Shown: in pieces, positions 11,936 through 25,240 of the stretch
Position numbering within the stretch: the first letter of the stretch is position 1
How the letters are laid out: every line of letters begins with the position of its first letter
Assembly (NCBI GenBank): GCA_951406725.2
Contig: OX597817.1
Span: 117,180,001 to 117,244,000 of the forward strand
Length of the DNA: 64,000 nt
Direction: 5' to 3'
Origin: Octopus vulgaris
Lineage: Eukaryota
Translations under genes and position numbers: made by a program
Notes under the pieces: model-generated
The model's database searches: none
What the model saw: only the letters and a program-made list of their open reading frames with translations
What the model was told of the DNA's origin: nothing

Positions 11936-14900
11936 AATATATATATATATATTGATGACAGTTAAGATTCTCAGCCAAGATCAATGAATAGTGATGACAA
12001 CATGAGGTTTTTTTCAAATTAAATAGAAACATTTGGTCTCATCAACATGACCAATAATGCATCTTCATATTTTCGGAAATATTTATAATTAAATAACTTG
12101 CGCATCACCCTAATTCATTAAAATACTTCTAATAGACAATATTTCAAACCGTTTCTTCAGTAGATAATTAAATATATGTACAATGTTTACGATAGTGCAG
12201 TCAATATTCATAGTTTTATGTTGTGTAATTAATACTTTTATTACTGTGATCTGTATAAATGTAGTCGAGGCAAAGAATTTATTGGCATGATCTATGTCTG
12301 GCAGCCTGAAAATTTTCATGGTTCTCTCTATAGTAAAATATTTGAATAAGTGGTCTAACGTCAGAGAAATGCATTAAACATATTTATCTAATTTGTTAAA
12401 TAGTCTTCATCTAATCTATTCAGCAAGTTACGAGGCTTCCATTTAGAATGTACACATTTTTATAGCTGGATGATTCTTCTATTACCAACCACTGTACTGT
12501 GAAATGGGATGAGAAATTCTATTTCAATTATGCGATCTCTGATGAGTAGAGTGCCTTGTCAAAAATCTGACTGAATGCCAGAATAGGTAGTGTCCATACA
12601 TTATTAATGGATCAGTGATTATACAACCCTAACCATTGAACTCAACAGTAATAATTCACATTCAATTATGGATTGTCTAATTAACTGAAAATACCATTAT
12701 ATGTCTAATTACATCTAACTTCTGCAATGAAAATTTCTTGAAACATTTACAAGTTCAATTAATGTTCTGAAACCCTTAGTGCATTGGCACCCTACTGATG
12801 ACTTTCTCTGATGGGAATAATTCAAGTAAATAATATATATAAGCCTTAGTAATTTACTTCTGTTGTTTCCCATGAGTTCTGTAACAAGGGTGCTTAGCAT
12901 AAAAAAAAACATGTTTATAAAATACTCAACACAAAATGCTCTCATATAATTTACATCACTGAAGCTGATCCTTATTTATAGATAGATGTGCTGGACCATT
13001 ATACGATTAACAACTTTATCAGTATTTTAGTACCTGAATATTGTCAGAATGTCAGCTGTTATACAATGATGGAAAATATAGCACTTTAAAGACACAGACA
13101 AATGTAGAAATTTTATAAAGTTTATGATGTAGTCAAAGCACATGAATAGTGCCAAGAATCCTTTTGCAAGATCTCTCAAACAGACTGGGAAAAGTAGTTT
13201 AATATACAAGAATGCAACACATTAAGATATCGTGTCATTCATATATAGGAGGCCTAGACAATATGTCGTTTTCAAAAAAAATTAGTCAAGATCTACGCAT
13301 AGACTCTTCAAGTCCCTTCTACATGATTTCACTCAGAATCCTATTGCCCACAATAGTTTAGAAGTAGTAGGACCCACGAAGTTCACGTTATTGAGAAGCA
13401 AAATTCTTAAAAGCAACAGACATTGATAATCGTAAGAAGTATCTTTCTTCCAAAAGTAAGTTGGCTGTTTATAACTAATTTAAAATTGTCCAGTTATTAT
13501 TACAGTTGTTGAAACATTTTGCAAAACAGAAATTTTCGGAAGAAAACTAAATATAAAAATCAATTTTAGCAAAACATTAACATTGCTAGTAACACATTTC
13601 ACAAACACATACGCCCACACCCTCAACCACGCGTGCGCACGCACACGCACGCACACACACACACACACACATATATTATGAAATACGTGTATGTTTGTTT
13701 ATGAGTGTGTATGAAACACACCATCGATGGTAACTGCATGATTAGAAACTTCTGAAAATCTGTAAACTACGCTAATATTTAAAAATTAGCCAAAACAATT
13801 GGCAATGTGTGTGTGTGCGTGTGTCTGTGTGTGTGTCTGTGTGTAAGTCTGCGTGTGTGTCTGTGTGTGTGTGTTCGCACGCGCTCGTGTATGTGTGTCG
13901 GAAGCACACAAACTATGATTGGTATTTATAAACTTTAAGAAACTTTGTCGAATTAATACACCCTTTTTTCTACTGAAAGAGAACGAAGATGAGAAAAAAT
14001 ATTAACTGTATATTTTCCTTTTTTTTCACTTTTGCAAATAATATGCTTTTGGTATCTGTCCAGTAATTTGTTTTAGAAATCTATCAAGTTATTTCCATAA
14101 GTAAAATATAGTTTGCATTTAATGTAAAATACTAATAATGGATGTTATAGCTTTCTTCATGCATGAATGCTTATACTCTACGTCTGTGTGTTTATGTGCA
14201 TCAAGGAGTATAAATATTAATACGTATGTATCTCATTGATGACTATGTGTTTTCATTATGCAAGGAAACAGAAACGATTTAAAAAAATACTTCTCTTGTT
14301 TCCTCCCCAGTTGATCATTAGAGTTCGTAGTAGGAATTAGAAATATCGCTGTCTTTATATACATATGTGGTTGCCTACGCGCAAGTGCATGTCCGTATAA
14401 ACGTGGGTGTGTGTGTGTGTGTGTGTGTTTGTGTTTGTGTATGTGTGTGTGTGTATGTGTATGTGTGTATGTATGTATGTATGTATGTATGACATACATA
14501 AGTTATATATATATCATGTATATGCAGTTAAGAATACAAAAGTGAACGCATAGAAATCTGTACTTGTATATATGTCTGTCTGTGTGTGTGTGTGTGTGTG
14601 TTCATATCTGTATATATTACTATCTTTTCACAGGTTGTTATAATGCGAGAAGAGGAGGCGGTTTACAATAGAAGCACAAAAAAAATTAGCGTGCATATTC
14701 CATTAATTAGCAAGAAACAGCTACCAATCTCCACGTAGACTACAATTCCATGCGGCCGACATATAGTTAGAATTAAGCTGAAGAGTAGGCTTAAATTGTA
14801 AATGAAATGTAATTAAATGGTTGCTGCAGTACGAGAGTGATTTCGAAGAATAGAAACTGCATCGTGAAAAACATGAATTCTTAATTAAACAAAACCAAGA

Positions 14901-15229
14901 AAAAAAAAATGAAGAGAAGACATTAATGTGTACAAACAAAAGCAAAAATTTTAAAAACGCTTCATAAGCTATAATTTTATGTCTGAAATTTTATTTCATT
15001 TCTGTATGTAACTATTCTTTTGTATATTTTACTCACTTTTGCTGCAAACTATGTACATTTGGTATTAATCTCTTAATATCTCTGCTGAATGTCTACGGAA
15101 TGAAAAACTATCAACGTTGCGCTTTTCCACACCACCACCACCACTAATAATGCAATTACTGCTACCACTGCTGCTTTAGCTACTGCTACACGACAACTTA
15201 TAATTATAACACTAATAATGATAACCATT

Positions 15230-15450
15230 TCCATTATAGGCACAGTACCTGAGATTTGGGAGTAATGAGAGGGAGAGGGCGAGGTAGGGGAAAGTCGATC
15301 ACATCGACTCTACTACTCAACTTTTACTTATCTTATCGGCCCTTCAGGGATAAAAGGTATCGTCGAACTCGATAAAATGCAAATTCAGAACGTAAATGCA
15401 GATGATAAACATTTTGTTCGTCATGCAAACCATTACGCCACCTCGCCGGC
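15230..15450 (-). mobile_element. Degenerate Meta-type SINE
   Basis: aagtcgatcacatcgactc...ggataaaagg...aattcagaacgta. Confidence 0.6.
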
Positions 15451-15454
15451 TTTA

Positions 15455-16030
15455 TATATTTTCTATTCTAGACACAAAGCCGAAATTCTGGGGGTGGGGG
15501 CCAGTCGATCCCAGAATGCAACTTGTACTTAATTTATCTACTCCGAAAGGATGTAAGAAAAAATCGACCTCGGCAGAATTTGAACTCAGAACGTAAATAC
15601 AGGCGCAATACCTATTTCATTACTACCCACAAGGGGCTAAACACAGAGAGGACAAACAAGGACAGACAAACAGATTAAGTTGATTGCATTGACCCCAGTG
15701 CGTAACTTGTACTTATTTAATCGACCCCGAAAGGATGAAAGGCAAAGTCGACCTCGGCGGAATTTGAACTCAGAACGTAGCGGCAGACGAAATACCTATT
15801 TCTTTACTACCCACAAGGGGCTAAACACAGAGAGAACAAACAAGGACAGACAAACGGATTAAATCGGTTATATCGACTCCAGTGCGTAACTGGTACTTAA
15901 TTTATCGACCCCGAAAGTATGAAAGACAAAGTCGACATCGGCGGAATTCGAACTCAGAACGTAACGGCAGACGAAATGCGACTACGCATTTAGCTTGGTA
16001 TGCTAATGTTTCTGCCAGCTCGCCGCCTTT
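15455..16030 (-). mobile_element. Head-to-tail trimer of Meta-type SINE (184-bp period)
   Basis: The anchor gaatt(t/c)gaactcagaacgta occurs at 15576, 15760 and 15944. Only the last unit on the plus strand retains the tRNA head. Confidence 0.9.
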
Positions 16031-16164
16031 ATAACAACAGTCAATGCAGTGGAATTTCAGTTTCGACAGTATACGGTACCTGTCAGGGTACCAAAGCCAC
16101 AGCTGCCTCTTTTGTTGATCAGGAAAAGACAAGTAGCGTTCCTTTTGATCTCTACTATATAATC

Positions 16165-16350
16165 ATTTCTATTATAGGCACAAGATATAAAATTTTGAGG
16201 GCGAGGACTGTGTAAACTAATACTTCCATTGTCCTAGAAGGATGAAATGCAAAGCTGACCTTTTGGCATTTGAACTCAGAATGTGAAGCCGGAAGAAATG
16301 GCGCTAATCATTTTGTTCGGAGTGCTAAATTTCTGCAAGACCACAGCTTT
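16165..16350 (-). mobile_element. Degenerate Meta-type SINE
   Basis: gaaggatgaaatgcaaagctgacc...tttgaactcagaatgt. Confidence 0.6.
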
Positions 16351-17604
16351 TATGTATCATAAAGACAGCTAAATCTAAGGTTAGGTTTGAGTTCGTTCAA
16401 AGTAGAAGTAATATATGTTACAGAAATGTGTGCTTTAATTCTATATTATATATTCGAAGAAATACGTAACAATTATTGCAAAATAAAATAAAAAGATGAA
16501 TAAAGTTACAGATGTAATTATACAGAAATAATGATAACGAAGTATTATTTACCAATTAAAATATTTTGAACGGCAGTTTGATCGACGTTCATTAAAATTA
16601 TGAATGTATATATGATATGGTGTTGTAAATTTTGAATGATGTAGAATTGCTGAATCTTAAATCCTATGCAGAAAATAGATTAATGCAGAAGGAATAAGCA
16701 ACTATGAGCATTCGTCTTAGAAACAATAGTTTCTGAAACAGGGACAAAATCAGAAACTTTTAGTAGACAATTAGTCGGTGCCAATACTCAGATTGTTACT
16801 TTATTGAACTAATACAAAAGGCTTGAAGGGTAAATTTCACCTCTGAACTCAGATTTTTAAAAAGCGGTAATAAATAGTGAAAATCATTTTACCTGTCTCT
16901 CTAACGATTCTTGTTGCCTTGCTAATCAGAGTAACAAGATTTTGTGGAAGAAATGTATTGACAGCAGCACTCTCCTCCCTCTGTCTTTCTGTATGCTTGT
17001 GTGTGTATGTTTCTACGAGTTTTTTTATATTCAAATAAAATATAGGCGATGATAAATTCAAACTGATAATGAGACATAAATAAGTACCAAATATAAATTG
17101 AAATATATGGTTTAAGGGGAAATAATAATACCTATTATCATCTGCAGGAGGGAAATTATTGAAGAGAAGAAAAGTATTTACTATCAATTAATGATGTTAG
17201 CAGTGTGTGGGTATGTGTATATAAATTTGCGGTGCTATATCATACTTTTGGGCAACGTAAACAACTTCTAAAATTTCATAATTTGATGTTATAGTAAGAA
17301 AATATTGTATTTCGGGACGGTCATTTTTTTGCCAAATAAACACACGCACTATATATTCGTTCTTTACTCGTTTTTTATTGTTCTTATTCTAACATATGTC
17401 CATTGTCTGGAAATCTTTCGTCACATATCTATGATTTCTACAGCGTCATTTTCCGTTCTCGTGTGTGCTCTTGCTCCACTTAGTCCATCCTATTTTTCTA
17501 TAATCATAGAATCTACTTATTCCCTCCCAATCTAATATGCTTATCTCCTCCCATGAAATTTCCAACCATGTGCCAAAATTTGAAACCCATATGTGCATGT
17601 TGGC

Positions 17605-17820
17605 GTAGGCGACGAGTTGGCAGAATCTTTAGCAAGCCCGGCAAAATGATTAGCGATATTTCGACCGTCTTTATTTTCTGAGTTCAAATTCCCCCAAGGT
17701 CGGCTTTGCCTTCTATACCGTCCAGGGTTGATTAAATAGGTACCAGATGCACACTGGGGTCGATGTAACAGACTTAGCCCCAACCGGAAATTTTCTGGCC
17801 TTGTGCCAAATTTTGTAACG
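17605..17820 (+). mobile_element. Meta-type SINE
   Basis: ggcgacgagttggcagaatc...ctgagttcaaattcc...cactggggtcgatgtaa...ccttgtgccaaattt. Confidence 0.8.
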
Positions 17821-17839
17821 AATATGTGTAAGTCGGGGT

Positions 17840-18025
17840 GCTGGTAGAATGTTTAGCGGCATTTCGTACGTCTTTACATCCTGAGTTCAAATTCCGTCAA
17901 GGTAGACATGTCCTTTGATCCTTTCGGGGTTGATGATATACCTTCTAGTTAAGTACCGCCGTCAATTTAATCGACTACACATGCTACCCTTCCAAATTCA
18001 AAATCTTATGGATACAGTAGAAACG
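17840..18025 (+). mobile_element. Meta-type SINE (partial head)
   Basis: ctgagttcaaattccgtcaaggt...atcctttcggggttgat. Confidence 0.65.
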
Positions 18026-18119
18026 ATATTATCTTAATATATAATTTGTATGATTACTTTGTTCGTTAGTATGTATAAATTTGATTTGGATATATTTTGA
18101 AATATGATTTATAAATATT

Positions 18120-18700
18120 TTTTCTACACTAGGTACAAGGCGAGGAATTTTGGGGTAGAGGCCAGTCGATTATATCGACTCCAGTACGCATCTGGTACTT
18201 AATTTATCGCCTCCGGAAAGGTCGAAAGGTAAAGTCGACCTCGACGGAATTTGAACTCAGAACGTAAAGACAGACGAAATACCTATTTCATTATTACCCA
18301 CAAGGGGCTAAACACGGAGAGGACAAACGAGGACAGACAAACGGATTAAGTCGATTATATCGACCCAGTGCGTAACTGGTACTTATTTAATCGGCCCCGA
18401 AAGGATGAAAGGCAAAGTCGACCTCGGCGGAATTTGAACTCAGAACGTAGGAGCAGAAGAAATACCTATTTCTTTACTACCCACAAGGGGCTAAACACAG
18501 AACGGACAAACAAGGACAGACAAACGGATTAAGTCGATTATATCGACCCTTGTTCGTAACAGGTACTTAATTTATCGACCTCGAAAGGATGAAAGGCAAA
18601 GTCGACCTCGGTGGAATTTGAACCCAGAACGTAACGGCAGACGAAATACCGCTAAGTATTTATTTCGCCCGGCGTGCTAATGTTTGTGCCAGCTCGCCGA
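18120..18700 (-). mobile_element. Second head-to-tail trimer of Meta-type SINE (183-184-bp period)
   Basis: The anchor gaatttgaac occurs at 18247, 18430 and 18614. Same architecture as 15455..16030. Confidence 0.9.
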
Positions 18701-18894
18701 CTTATGAATTATAAATATTATTTGACCTAAATAGTTTCATACGTTCTCTATATGTTCCTCTCTTATTCTGTTTTATCTCACTTCACTTCTCGAAAGTCTC
18801 ACCAGCCGTTCTACAAGATATCCTATAACATTCAAATCGTAGATTATTAGTAACCACATACGTTCGAATCATTAATAGTAATATTTTATTTATA

Positions 18895-19110
18895 AGTTGG
18901 TGAACTGACAGAATTGGTAGCACGCTGGGCTAACCGCTTACCGATTTTTCATCTGTCTTTACGTTCTGAGTTCAAACTCAACCGGAGTCGAATTTTCCTT
19001 TCATTGTTTCGGCTTTTGAGGTCGATAGAATAAGTACCAGTCGAGCACTGCGGTTGGAGTAGCCGACTATCCCCATCTCCAGACGTTTTTACCTTGAGCC
19101 AAAATTCGAT
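18895..19110 (+). mobile_element. Meta-type SINE
   Basis: gaactgacagaattggtagcacg...ttctgagttcaaa...ggtcgatagaataagtaccag. Confidence 0.75.
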
Positions 19111-19339
19111 ATCAATATATGAAACAAATCTAGTTACACCTCTATCAAAGAACAGTTCATTTATCAGCTCACCTTTGAAATAAATCCGACTACAACTCCT
19201 AGGTACCCATGAGAACTTATTTAGCATTGTGTAGACGTACACCTATCTAAAGTCAATGCGTATGCCTCATGCATACTAACATTAAGCCAATATAAGGCAC
19301 AAGGTCCGAAATTTTGCGGATTCGTTACCGCCATGGAAG

Positions 19340-19520
19340 GAAAATGCTTAGCAGCATTTTTTCTGACTTCGTGTTCTGAGTTCAAATGCCACCGGAGTTG
19401 ACTTTGCCGTTCATCATTTCAGATTCGATAAAATAAGTACTAGTTAAATACTGGAGTCGATATAACTGACTTGCCCCTCCCCCGATATTACTTGCCTTGT
19501 GCTGTAAATTCGAACCAATA
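19340..19520 (+). mobile_element. Meta-type SINE (headless)
   Basis: aaatgcttagc...ctgagttcaaatg...gactttgccgttcatc...gataaaataagtac. Confidence 0.7.
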
Positions 19521-20765
19521 TCATCTTTCAGTTCACGTCACACATTTAAACCTCACATAAAGATTCTTCCACAGCTGTTTCACAGCTTAATGGTCCATAC
19601 ATAGAGCACAACTGAAATTTCATCAGCATTTACTTCTTTTAGTAGACTTTTATCTCCACTTCATAAAACGATATATGTTAGAACAGCTACCTTACAATTA
19701 CAAGCTATGTACAATCGGTGAGATGGCAATCGTCAACACTGGAGCAAGTGCTTAGCAGCATTTTTCCAGTACAATAGAAAGCATTGGGGTCGATGTAACC
19801 AAACAACCTTCCCAAAAAGTTTCAGATCTTATGCACATGGTAGAAAGAAGAAAACAATTTTACAAACTACCTTCTGACTTTCAGAAAATAAGTTTTACTT
19901 TGCAGTAAGCCAAAAGTTTTTATAGTACAGTATATTATCACAATTCTGCACATTATTATGCATGCGTCTGTATATTAAGACGCCTAATATACATGCATTA
20001 ACAATATTATCTCGTTCAGCTTAGTAATAACTTTCTTTTATCCTAATATCATTCGTAAATTCTCTGTTTAATGAATAGCTACATATTACTTTATACATTC
20101 TATGATATTTCACGGAATATGGTAATGTATTATTTATTGCTTCTTTCTTTTTTATTAGTATATTTCTAAATCATTCCTAGTATAGTTATCGAATTTCTCA
20201 GTTTTAAGATGAATAACATATGTTGTCGTAAAATGTTTACTTACCATGATATAAAAGAATTCATAACTTTCTAATTCTTTTCACTATCTGTTCAGTGTTT
20301 TAGACAAACTCAACCGAATCAAAGATGTTAAGATACAAACACTTAACTAACAAGACAACTAGGTATATATAGTTTATATGTGCTTGTATTTTCAAATTGT
20401 GGTAAAAAGCCAGCTGTTTTGGAAGAGCTGATACCATTTAAACCCAAAACTTTAGCAGCGTTTCCTTTCATAGAATCCGGAGGGATGAAGTCCAAAGTTG
20501 ATCCACATAAATAACACTACTACTATAATTAAAGTGATAAACTTATTTCATTTATATTCATTAGGTTCTAACTGATCTCTACACAATAATGTCTGTTCAG
20601 GTATGCATGTTTATTTGATAGCAACATGTGTGACTATATAAACATGTCTGTGCATGTACTAAAGTGTTTGCATGTATGCATATACGGACACGTATGATTA
20701 TATGTATATATGTGGGATTATATAAGAAAAAAGGTTTGAAAATGCAATTTAAACGATGTTTATTT

Positions 20766-20806
20766 ACTTAACCGGTTTCACTCTTTGGTAAAAGATTGTC
20801 AAAAGT
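20766..20806 (-). ncRNA. Minimal hammerhead ribozyme, U3:A8 core variant (sense 3' terminal repeat)
   Basis: Minus: actt-TTGACAA-tcttt(tacc)aaaga-gt-GAAAC-cg-GTT-aagt. Stem III is the palindrome aaccggtt. Confidence 0.7.
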
Positions 20807-20829
20807 TCCATTTAAGGAAACATTGAATA

Positions 20830-20962
20830 ATATGGGTTCAAAAAAGTTTTTTACATAATTGTCACATTGAATATTATGCATTCAAAAAAGTTTTTTACAT
20901 AATTGTCACATTGGATATTATGAATTCAAAAATGTTTTTTTATACATAATTGTCACATTACA
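20830..20962. repeat. ~38-bp tandem repeat (about 3 copies) inside the PLE terminal repeat
   Basis: ttcaaaaaagttttttacataattgtcacattg is repeated, and mirrored at ~25662..25795. Confidence 0.8.
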
Positions 20963-22125
20963 TGTATAAATATAGTGTTTGGTAACAGAGAAGTTCAATA
21001 GTGTGATGAGAATATTTGGGAAAATTTGGCAGAAAAGGATAAAACAAATATATTATTGGGAATTGGTTGCGTTAATTATTGGTTGTCGCAAATTGTCACA
21101 TTACATGTATATATATACAATCTTTGGTATATATATACAGCCTTTTGACAGCAAAAATTAAAATGGATTTTTTATACATCTCAGAATATTTTAAGTTCAA
21201 GGCGAGAATATGTTTTTACTGACCTGTCGGTATTAGCAGAAAGGCTGAACTGAGAGAAAAGAAGAAGTAGCCAATGTGGTGTATACTTCCCCTTCATGCA
21301 TGAATGATTTTGGGGTTATCAGGAGGTTAGTATGCTGGTGTGAATAGATGTGTCCGTGCTTGCTGGTCAGATAGCGTCTGTTTGTCACACACATATATAT
21401 ACACACACACACACACGCATAGTATACAAACACACACCACATACAAACAACACACACACACACACAGAACACACACACCCACACACAACGCACCCACATA
21501 TATCACATATACACACAGCACACAAATATAACATGTATCTATATAACACACACACACACACACACACACAACACACGCACACATACATACATAATATAAA
21601 TATCACACAAATACACCTAGCATATATATACACATACAATACACACATACAGCATGTAAATAAAACACATACACAATATATGCATGCAATATACATACGC
21701 AATACATACATATAATATATATATATATAGACAATGCATATACATATATACATATAAATAGTGTTTACATACACATACATAGATGTACCACATATACACA
21801 CAATACACATACATACAATGCATACACATACACGTACGCATACATATAATATATATATACCCACACACACACATAACATACATACACAATGCATACATAT
21901 ATATACACGCAATGCATATACATGTATTCATGCATATATAGCACACCTACAATATACATATATACAATGCACACATACACACACATATATACACTTAATT
22001 GTACACATACATATACAATGCACATACATTCAATATACATATACACAATGCGCATGCAAATAATGTACATGTTTATACACACATAAACATGAGATAAATA
22101 TACACACACACACATACACACACAC

Positions 22126-22156
<31 letters not shown>

Positions 22157-22359
22157 CACATACATACATACATACATGCACATACATATATTTTTTCACA
22201 CACATACACACACATATATATATATATAAAAAATTCACCCCCCACACACACACAAATTACAAACCTATTGCGTACACACTCAAATATATCTCTACATGCC
22301 GCACACACACACAAACAAAGTACTAACATATACACACATACCATGCATATACACACACA

Positions 22360-22401
<42 letters not shown>

Positions 22402-22808
22402 AAATACACATGTAAATACATACACACGTACACAATGCTCACACACACACACATACACACACACAAATACACACACACCCGCACACAGTGCACACACACA
22501 CACACACATATATACACACGTGCACACACACACACACAGTGCACACACACACACACACATATATATATACACCCGCGCACACACACACACAACGTGCACA
22601 CACACACACACACACACACACAACACTCACACACATACATCACTTACATATATATAATGCATGCGTGTGCATGCCACGTATGTGTGCGGTCAATGCCCGC
22701 TAGTGTGTCCTATGCGTGCCGATGCGCGCATGTGCCCGCCCGCACGATATGCTGTGAGCGTGCGCGCGTCCCTGTGTGCTTGCTCTGGATGTGTTTCCAG
22801 GGGGTATG

Positions 22809-25085
22809 TTAGAGTATGTTTAGTTGTGGTCTGTATTTTTGAATAAGATTACTTTCCTTATTTATTCGTGTTTGGTCTGTGGTATTGTCCGAGCATTGGT
22901 ATAGTGGGAAGACTAAGAATTTGGGGGACTTATTGTGTGCACAAAGGTCTAAGTGTCCACTTAGTGGTATCTGTCTTGTGGAGGGGTCCCTCAGTTGTTG
23001 TCGGTGAACTGTCATTCTTTCTCTGAGGGTAAGGCTCGTTTGCCCTATGTAGTCTTCGTGGCATCCTTCACACCTTATGACGTAGAGTAAATTTTTTGAT
23101 GCGCACGTGAAATTATTTTTTATGATGAATGTGTGTCCCGAGTGGAACTTGTACGACGATCCCTCAATGAGGTGGATGCAGGTCTTGCAGTTGGGGCGAC
23201 CACATTTTTTGATGGTGGGCGGTGGGTTTGTGTTGTGTAATTTTGCGTTGGTGAGGAGTTTTTTTAGGGATTTAGGTTGTCTCTTACTTTTTATTATTTT
23301 ATGAGCTGCCAGTATTTTTTTCAGGCGTGGGTCTTGATTTAGTTGTGGAATGTTGTTGTATATAATAGTGTAAGCTTCTGCATTCCTTGGGTTGTGTGTT
23401 GAGAGATAAGGGAGGCTATTTACTGTACTGTGGATGTGTTTGGGTTTTCGAAGGTCTTGAATGTTGATTTATTTGGCCCGTTCTATTCCGTTGTCTACTA
23501 GTGATGCCGGGTAATGTCTTTCGAGAAGAATTGCCCTTAGTTCCCGGAGTCTTCTATTTCGTATTGTGTCATTTGAGACAATAGTGCAGATTCTTCTCGC
23601 TAGGTTGAAGGGGATATTTGTCTTTGTGTGTTTTGGGTGATTGGAGGTGAATAGAAGGTATTGTTTAGAGTCAGTGGGTTTGTAATGGATGTCAGTTGCA
23701 ATGTTGACGCCTTTTTTAATGATTAGGATGTCAAGAAAAGGGAGTTGGTCCTGACTATATTCCATTGTGAATTGAATGTTGTTATTTACACTGTTGATAA
23801 GGTTTTTGAAGTCTATAAGTTGGTCGAGTGTGTGGGACCATAGGATGAGGCAATCATCTAAGTAGCGTTTCCAGTTCTCCAACAGGTATTTGTGGAAAGA
23901 CTGGCCGTACTTATATTTGGATTTTTCATAGATATGTGATTCCAGGTAGGCCATCACCAGGTTTGCATAGGTAGGTGCAACTTTCGTACCCATTGCAGTT
24001 CCTGAGACCTGTCTGTAAGTGTTGTTGTGGAAATGCATGAAGTTGTTTTGCAGAATAAATGTGAGGCCCTCAATTATGAATTATTTTAAAATTCTTTCCG
24101 GGATCTCATTGGGATATTTATCCAGCCAGAATTTAATGGCTTCCAGCCCATATTCATGTGGGATTGTGGTGTAAAGATTAATAACATCAAAAGAAACGAT
24201 TAAGGTGTCTTTATCGGCATGCTTGGGGAGATGGTTTAATAGGTCCAGGTCATCTCTTACAATACTTGGAATGTGTTTCAGTATTGGCTTTAAGATGATA
24301 TCTATAAAGTTGCTAAGTCTGTGTGTTTCACAACTTGGGCCTGCCACTATTGGTCTCAGTTTGAGATCAGTGGGATGTGGTATAGTGATGCAGGTTGAAG
24401 TGGACTTTTTGCAAGCTTCTGTGATAATTTGACTCTTGTGTATTTTTGGAAGCCCATAGAGTGTGCTGGTTTTGCAATTAAATTTAGTAATGTAGTCGCA
24501 TTCCTTTGCTGTCAAGTCATTCCGGTGTTGGTAAATGAGTGCCTTCAGATTGGTCATTGTTTTGGATTGCTGGTAGTTGACTACTCTTTCGTAGTATGTG
24601 GTATCCTCTAAAAGGAGAGATACAGAGTTTTTATATTGCTCAGTATTCATAACAACGACCGTGCTACCCTTATCAGCTTCCTTTATTGTGACGTCATGAT
24701 TGTCTCGTAGCGTATTGATGATTTCCCATTCTCTTTTACTGGTGTTGGGTTTGAGTTTAGGTTGTGAGAGTTCACCATAAGGGAAGTTGGAGATGTAATC
24801 GCAAAATTTGTCGAAGGTTTTGTTTTTGCCTTTTATGGGATTATAGTTGCTTTTGTTACAGACCATTGATTCGTTGTTATTATTAGTTTTCCTGTCAAAA
24901 AATTCCTCTGTGAGGCGTAATTTTCTGCAAAAGTGCGAGATGTCATCCTGTATTTCCCTCAGGTTAGGGTATTGCGGAGTTGGGGTGAATTTTAGTCCTC
25001 TTGAAAGGATTTTTATTTGTGGTGTCGACAGGTTTAGGTTAGAAAGATTCACTATTTTTGGTTTTTCAGGGTTGGTATCTACCAT
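22809..25085 (-). pseudogene. PLE reverse transcriptase / GIY-YIG endonuclease polyprotein (759 codons, two in-frame TAA stops)
   Basis: ORFs 24081..25085, 23469..24038 and 22809..23015 share one frame. Motifs: LSRGLKFTPTP, LYGLPKIHK, LRPIVAG, SFDVINLYTTIP, GTAMGTKVAPTYANL, RYLDD, LPFLD, CGRPNCKTC zinc knuckle, LLYVIRCEGCHEDYIGQT..LRERM..H, PQLN. Confidence 0.95.
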
Positions 25086-25240
25086 CTGGTGTCGTGGAAA
25101 CTGATGCCCTTGCCTAAAAAAGGAATCCTGGGGGTTCTTCTATTTGCGGTATTTTGCTGTATGTGATTCTGTCCCCCGTTGACATGTCTGTTGAAGAGGT
25201 TTTGGTTGTTGTGATTCTGTTCAGACGCTATGTGATTCTT
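25079..25240 (-). CDS. 3' remnant of an upstream ORF (N/Q/H-rich, ending IPFLGKGISFHDTRW*) overlapping the RT frame
   Basis: The frame is open from the inversion junction to TAG: KNHIASEQNHNNQNLFNRHVNGGQNHIQQNTANRRTPRIPFLGKGISFHDTRW*. Confidence 0.5.
   Translation of the reverse strand, partial: KNHIASEQNHNNQNLFNRHVNGGQNHIQQNTANRRTPRIPFLGKGISFHDTRW
25115..25121 (-). promoter_or_regulatory. Candidate -1 ribosomal frameshift slippery heptamer U-UUU-UUA
   Basis: Minus cct ttt tta ggc in the upstream frame. A -1 shift gives ttt ttt agg caa ggg ... cag ATG, which is the RT frame. Confidence 0.55.

Noticed and set aside
14625-14770. Possible splice acceptor (ttttcacag) and exon
   Set aside because: No convincing donor site, ORF continuity or recognisable protein.
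15455-16030. Regularly spaced repeats suggesting a CRISPR array
   Set aside because: Whole 184-bp units repeat with no unique spacers; these are SINE multimers in eukaryotic DNA.
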